A DNA stretch of 64,000 bases from an uncultured bacterium. GTDB taxonomy: Bacteria > Planctomycetota > UBA1135 > GCA-002686595. The translations under genes and the position numbers were made by a program. The stretch covers positions 6,245-70,244 of the forward strand of contig CALBMX010000107.1 of the NCBI GenBank assembly GCA_937896235.1, written 5' to 3'. The notes under the pieces are model-generated. The model was not told the origin of the DNA. It saw only the letters and a program-made list of their open reading frames with translations, and searched no databases. Every line of letters begins with the position of its first letter. Position 1 is the stretch's first letter. This document shows, piece after piece, positions 59,223-64,000 of this stretch.

Positions 59223-59466
59223 GAATCGTTTCCAGCACGAAAAGGGGAGGGCATAACTCCATTGGGCCTCCCCCCCCAAAAAAAGGCCCCACGTTTAGGG
59301 AAGAACCCCGCTGGCAGTGTCTCCGGGGACGATAGTGGGGCGAATCCAGCAGCCCAAAGGGGACGCAGGTTCGGGCTGCGAGCCGAGTTCGGGGGTCTTT
59401 GGCAAGATGTGCGTGCCAAGTGATACGCGTGTGCGCTGCGCCCCGAGACTCCGCTATATTGGTCCC

Positions 59467-60657
59467 ATGAATTCATCCCCACGCACGCCCCTGCCCGCGA
59501 TTCCCCGCTCCAGAGAAGACGACTTCTCCAAGGAGATCGTCGAGGCGCGTCGCGCCCTAGCACGGAGGGTAACCGGTCGTGAACTTCCCCATGTCTTTGG
59601 TCGCTCGGTAGCGCCAGAAGAGGCGCGTGGCAATGTCGAAAACTTCATTGGATTCGCACAGGTTCCGATAGGAATCGCAGGGCCACTTCTTGTGGACACT
59701 AGCGCGGGCGTCCGAGAAGTTATCGTCCCTTTAGCTACGACCGAAGGGGCTATGGTCGCCTCTTACTCTCGTGGCATGAGCTGGATTCACGCCTCGGGTG
59801 GGGCTGTTGCGCGTGTCGTTCGCGAAGGGCTGAGCCAGCATCCCGTATTGGTTTTCGAAACGATAAACGAGGCTGTAGCAGCTCGTGAAATCGCGCTGCA
59901 AATGAAGCCTCAGTTCGAGGCGATTACCGCGGCGATCACAAGTCACGGTCGCCTTGTCGAGGTGGCTCCAAAGGTACTGGGCCGACGGCTGATTTTACGG
60001 CTAGTGTTCACTACTGGCGATGCGATCGGTATCAACATGGCGGCACACGCAACGGATCTTTGCGCTGCCGAATTGGCGAAGCGTACGCAGCCGAAGGAGC
60101 GTTATGTGCATGGTCAAGATGTCGAAAAACGTGCGCATGCAAGTGGCGCAATCGAAGGGCGTGGTCGCAGTGTCGGGGCAGAGGTTGTCCTTCGTCGCGA
60201 GCTCCTCAAAGAGAGGGCGAGGTGCACCCCCGAGTCGATGGTGGCCATCCTGGAAACCTACCGCATCGGATTTGCGGAGCTCGGAACGCAAAATCAAATG
60301 GTGCAATCAGCTAACGGCTTGGCCGCGCTTTTCTTAGCCACCGGGCAGGACCCCGCCTATGTCACCGAGAGCTGCTGCGGACAGCTTGACTTCTCCCTGA
60401 CGGACGGCGGCGATTTACGTGCGGGGGTCTGGATTCCCTCCATGCTTGTAGGGACCGTGGGGGGCGGGAGCGGCCAGGGAACGGCGGCCGAGTGCCTTGA
60501 TTTACTGGGGTGTCGAGGCTCTGGTACAGCGAACACGTTTGCTGAGATCGCCGCCGCGATGGTGCTTGCGGGGGACTTGTCCCTCATGGCGGCTTTCTGC
60601 AGCCACGAATTTGTCGAGGCTCACGAAAGCCTTGGGCGCAACCGTCCCCCAAAGTAG
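59467..60657 (+). CDS. Hydroxymethylglutaryl-CoA reductase, class I-type
   Basis: ENFIGFAQVPIGIAGPLLV, PLATTEGAMVASYSRG, TTGDAIGINM and VGTVGGGSG follow the class I (eukaryal/archaeal-type) pattern rather than the class II Pseudomonas type. The MNSSPRTP start is preferred. Confidence 0.85.
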   Translation: MNSSPRTPLPAIPRSREDDFSKEIVEARRALARRVTGRELPHVFGRSVAPEEARGNVENFIGFAQVPIGIAGPLLVDTSAGVREVIVPLATTEGAMVASYSRGMSWIHASGGAVARVVREGLSQHPVLVFETINEAVAAREIALQMKPQFEAITAAITSHGRLVEVAPKVLGRRLILRLVFTTGDAIGINMAAHATDLCAAELAKRTQPKERYVHGQDVEKRAHASGAIEGRGRSVGAEVVLRRELLKERARCTPESMVAILETYRIGFAELGTQNQMVQSANGLAALFLATGQDPAYVTESCCGQLDFSLTDGGDLRAGVWIPSMLVGTVGGGSGQGTAAECLDLLGCRGSGTANTFAEIAAAMVLAGDLSLMAAFCSHEFVEAHESLGRNRPPK

Positions 60658-60724
60658 ACCGGCCCCCTGGGGCCCAAAAAGGGGGGGGCACTCCACGGTC
60701 TCACCAGATCCGCCGTGCTAGGGG

Positions 60725-60752
60725 TTGACGGATCGATAGTGGCCGCTACATT
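60725..60752 (+). promoter_or_regulatory. Candidate sigma-70-type promoter for fusA
   Basis: TTGACG, a 16-nt spacer, then TACATT, about 200 nt upstream of ATG 60957. The pattern match is by eye only. Confidence 0.3.
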
Positions 60753-60956
60753 AATTCGCCCTGAGCGTGAATCTACCTGTAAGTGACTCTTTTTGGAGCC
60801 GCGACAGGAGCCCTTCGTGTTTATCCCGGACGGCGTCGGTTTCTAACCTCAAGCCCGACCTCTCTTCTTTCACTTCTACCTTGAAGGCGTGCCTCGCAAT
60901 TCGCGAGCCCCCTCCCTCCTCGGCACACGCTGTGCCCCCTGCCCGAAAAACCTGTC

Positions 60957-63053
60957 ATGACCGCCACAACGACGATCGCCTCCACAAAGAAGGACCCGCT
61001 CACGATGCATCGCAACATCGGGATCATGGCCCACATTGATGCGGGTAAGACCACAGTGACCGAGCGCATCCTATTTATGACGGGTGTCATCCACCGCACC
61101 GGCGAAGTCCACGACGGCGCCGCCACGATGGACTACCTGGAAGAGGAGCAGAAGCGCGGCATTACCATTCAATCTGCAGCGACAGCTGTGACTTGGGAGA
61201 ACTATGCGATCAACATCATCGACACCCCCGGTCACGTGGACTTCACAGCAGAAGTCGAGCGCTCGCTTCGAGTCCTCGACGGCGCCGTCGCAGTTTTCGA
61301 CGCCGTGAGTGGTGTCGAGGCTCAGTCGGAAACGGTTTGGCGTCAGGCCAACTCCTACGGCGTGCCTCGCATGTGTTTCATCAACAAGATGGACCGCGTT
61401 GGCGCAGATTACGACAAAGCTGTCGCATCGATCGTCTCACGTCTCGGCGCACGCCCCGTTGTCATCCAAGCACCTATCGGCGCTGAAAAGGAATTCCGCG
61501 GACTGGTGGACCTGGTCACCATGCGCTTCTTCGAATTTGCCGAAGACGATGGCTACATTGTCGAAGAGAAGGACATTCCCGAAGAGTACCTAGACGACAT
61601 GAAGATTCGTCACCAGGAACTTTGCGAGACTGTCGCAGAGTTCGATGAGGAGATGCTTGACCTGTTCGTTGATGATCAGCCGATCAGCGTCGAGATGATC
61701 AAGCGCGTCCTTCGTGTCGCGACTCTTGCGATGGAGGTGACTCCGGTTCTCGCGGGCTCCGCCCTGAAAGACAAGGGTGTGAAGTTCCTCCTCGATGCAG
61801 TCATCGACTACCTCCCCAGCCCACAAGATCTGCCACCCGTCGAGGGCAAGCACCCTCGCACCGAGGAGCCGGTCTTCCGCGATCGCCTCCCCTCGTCGCC
61901 CATCAGCTTGATGGCATTCAAAACCATTGCTGAGCCGACCGGCGACCTTACCTTCATCCGCGTGTATTCCGGTACCTTGCGGAAGGGCAGCAAACTTCTT
62001 AACCCACGCACAGGTAAGTCCGAGCGCATCGGGCGAATCGTGCGTATTCACGCCAACAAGCGTGAAGCCGTTGACGAAGTACCCGCTGGCGAGATCGCAG
62101 CAATCATCGGTCTAAAGTTCACCGTGACAGGTGACACCCTCTGCGACGAGGCTCACCCGATTGCACTCAGCAAGATCAACTTCCCAGAGGGCGTGATCGC
62201 GATGTCTCTTGAGCCCGAGCGCGGCGAAGATCGAGACAAGCTAGGCCTCATCATCGGTCGCATGGTTCGCGAAGACCCGACCTTCCGCGCCAGGACCAAC
62301 GAAGACACCGGCGAGTTAGTGATCTCGGGCATGGGCGAACTTCACCTCGAAGTGATGGTCGGCCGGATCAAGAACGAGCATAACTGCCCGGTCGTTACAG
62401 GGCGCCCGAAGGTGTCCTACAAGCAGCGCCTCACCGCAGACGTCGATACGATCGCTACGTTCAAGCGTCAGTCAGGTGGCCGCGGTCAGTACGCTGTCTG
62501 CCATGTGAGATTTGATCAGATGGAAGACATGACGGGTCAATACGAGTTCGTCGACGCCATCAAGGGTGGAAACATCCCGCGTGAGTTCATCCCAGCGGTG
62601 AACAAAGGTCTTGAGGCCACGGTGAAGGCTGGTGGCAAGCTCGGCTTCCCTTTCGTCGGTGTTAAAGCGACCCTCTATGATGGTAAGTACCACGATGTTG
62701 ACTCCAGCGAGCTTGCTTTCCAGCAGGCTGGCGCACTGGCATTCCGTCAGGCATGCCAGGGCAACATCACCCTGCTCGAGCCGATCATGAAGGTCGAAGT
62801 TCGTGTCCCCGAAGAGTTCCTTGGTGCTGTTGTGGGTGACCTCAACTCACGCCGTGGCGAGGTCTCCGATGTGGACACTTTGGACGACCAGCGCATCGTT
62901 CGCGGCATGGTCCCGATCGCTGAGATGTTTGCTTATTCCTCTTCACTTCGTGGCGCGACCCAGGGTCGTGGCTCGTACTCGATGGAGCTCGAAGAGTACC
63001 GCGAGACTCCGATGCACATCGCTTCGAAAATCCTCGAAGCAGACCCTGAGTAA
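60957..63053 (+). CDS. fusA: Elongation factor G
   Basis: [27 protein letters not shown] and domains II-V throughout (698 aa). Confidence 0.93.
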   Translation: MTATTTIASTKKDPLTMHRNIGIMAHIDAGKTTVTERILFMTGVIHRTGEVHDGAATMDYLEEEQKRGITIQSAATAVTWENYAINIIDTPGHVDFTAEVERSLRVLDGAVAVFDAVSGVEAQSETVWRQANSYGVPRMCFINKMDRVGADYDKAVASIVSRLGARPVVIQAPIGAEKEFRGLVDLVTMRFFEFAEDDGYIVEEKDIPEEYLDDMKIRHQELCETVAEFDEEMLDLFVDDQPISVEMIKRVLRVATLAMEVTPVLAGSALKDKGVKFLLDAVIDYLPSPQDLPPVEGKHPRTEEPVFRDRLPSSPISLMAFKTIAEPTGDLTFIRVYSGTLRKGSKLLNPRTGKSERIGRIVRIHANKREAVDEVPAGEIAAIIGLKFTVTGDTLCDEAHPIALSKINFPEGVIAMSLEPERGEDRDKLGLIIGRMVREDPTFRARTNEDTGELVISGMGELHLEVMVGRIKNEHNCPVVTGRPKVSYKQRLTADVDTIATFKRQSGGRGQYAVCHVRFDQMEDMTGQYEFVDAIKGGNIPREFIPAVNKGLEATVKAGGKLGFPFVGVKATLYDGKYHDVDSSELAFQQAGALAFRQACQGNITLLEPIMKVEVRVPEEFLGAVVGDLNSRRGEVSDVDTLDDQRIVRGMVPIAEMFAYSSSLRGATQGRGSYSMELEEYRETPMHIASKILEADPE

Positions 63054-63093
63054 GCTAGCCGCCTAGCGCGAACGACCTCGTTCGCCATTGGAT

Positions 63094-63140
63094 GAAGGAG
63101 GGGTAGAACCAGATTCACTGGCTCTATCCCTCTTTCTAGA
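63094..63140 (+). terminator. Probable intrinsic terminator after fusA
   Basis: GAAGGAGGGGTAGA-(15-nt loop)-TCTATCCCTCTTTC, up to 14 bp including two G-U pairs, running into TTTCTAGATTC. It is preceded by the small hairpin GCGAACG-acct-CGTTCGC at 63068-63085. Confidence 0.5.
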
Positions 63141-63233
63141 TTCACCTCTTTCGAGACTCAGCTACTTTTGGAGTTCAGATTCCAAGGGCCGAAAGTTCAG
63201 ATCCCGCCTCCGACTGATAGACTTTCCAGCACT

Positions 63234-64000
63234 ATGACACGCACCGCGCGAAGACGTTGGAGCCGAGAGCTCCTGACTCAAGTGGATGGGCTCTGCCTCG
63301 CCGCTTCCGGACCAATCTTGCTTCACGGCTACGAAGAACCCGTAGGGGGGAAGTGGATCGATGAGGTGATTCCCGGCAAGCTCGGCGCAATCGATCGGTC
63401 AACCGGGGAGACCCTTTGGTCGAGTCCCTGTGAAGTCGGATATGGCAGAGGGTTTGGAGCGGGCTTCGGGCGCGCCCAAAACGCTGTTGTACTCGGCCCG
63501 AGCCCACAGGGGCACCGCGCGATTCGCATGGATATAAACTCCGGCGAGCTGCTGATGGTGCAGGACCTACCTGCATTTGACGTCGCCCTTGTCTTTGAAG
63601 ATATCTGCATTAGCGTGCAGCCCGGTCAGGTCGTCGCCTATGACACCGATACATTCAAAGTCGTTTGGAAGTATGGGACCTCAGGGGAGCGCTATCACAC
63701 CGCCGTTCGCGAGGGGGCTCGCGTTTTTGTTGTCTACACGGACTCGACGACAAGTAAGCAGGGTGTGCTCATGCTGAATGCGGAGACCGGAAAGAACCCA
63801 GTCATTTGGGTTGCTCCCAACGTCCCGGTCATCCACGGGATGACCGTCGGGCCGCACGCGGTTGTCATCCTCCTGGAAGAGTTGATCACAGCGCTGTCCC
63901 ACGAGGGCCTTGTCGCGTCGGCGACGACCTTGGGGGATATCGAGGAGGCCGGGCACCAGACCAGTGGCCAGGCACTACTTGCCTTGCGCACCGACGGGAG
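63234..64000 (+). CDS. PQQ-like/BamB-like beta-propeller repeat protein, 3'-partial
   Basis: This is my own translation from ATG 63234. The frame stays open to the window end, so it is absent from the ORF track. MTRTARRRWSRELL..., GAIDRSTGETLWSSP, VVAYDTDTFKVVWKY and MLNAETGKNPVIWV are PQQ_2-type blade motifs. Confidence 0.6.
   Translation, partial: MTRTARRRWSRELLTQVDGLCLAASGPILLHGYEEPVGGKWIDEVIPGKLGAIDRSTGETLWSSPCEVGYGRGFGAGFGRAQNAVVLGPSPQGHRAIRMDINSGELLMVQDLPAFDVALVFEDICISVQPGQVVAYDTDTFKVVWKYGTSGERYHTAVREGARVFVVYTDSTTSKQGVLMLNAETGKNPVIWVAPNVPVIHGMTVGPHAVVILLEELITALSHEGLVASATTLGDIEEAGHQTSGQALLALRTDG

Noticed and set aside
63232-63991. Minus-strand ORFs 63232-63576, 63329-63610, 63681-63956 and 63734-63991.
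   Set aside because: The plus frame starting at ATG 63234 is open to the window end and shows PQQ/BamB-type blade motifs. The minus ORFs are Arg/Ser/Pro-rich shadows.

Overview
GC-rich, densely coding bacterial chromosomal window with about 45 genes. I found no rRNA, tRNA, CRISPR array, transposase or integrase. Housekeeping genes are fabI, queA, thiE, queG, glpK, pdxA, fusA, a GuaD-like deaminase, an ADP-forming acetyl-CoA synthetase and a class-I-type HMG-CoA reductase. They are interspersed with a large secretome of the kind common in PVC/planctomycete-like genomes; that taxonomic hint is inference only. The secretome includes a 2408-aa repeat/CARDB surface protein with a 606-aa secreted partner, a GH2 beta-galactosidase with a LamG-type insertion, a many-bladed W-x-D repeat protein and a secreted phospholipase D. 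It also includes an FG-GAP/cupredoxin protein, a CRTAC1-type FG-GAP/ASPIC protein, a sulfatase-like enzyme without the Cys/Ser-x-P-x-R motif, and a porin. The most unusual locus is an 853-nt gene-free region (27790-28642). It carries two paralogous three-hairpin RNA units on the minus strand, with compensatory base-pair changes, an identical 15-nt block and terminator-like 3' ends. I cannot assign these units to any RNA family I know. The region lies directly downstream of a three-gene operon encoding a sigma-like HTH protein, a helical-repeat protein and a GAF/AAA+ enhancer-binding-like regulator that lacks the GAFTGA loop. Other points are a SAM-methyltransferase pseudogene (in-frame TGA plus frameshift) continuing the ASCH gene frame, a ZIP-permease fusion, an orphan FliK-like/FlhB-C-like pair, a nitroreductase-methyltransferase fusion and a perfect 14-bp inverted repeat upstream of the porin gene. 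All family assignments come from motif recognition by eye, with no database search. Many start codons were re-chosen inside the supplied ORFs and are provisional.
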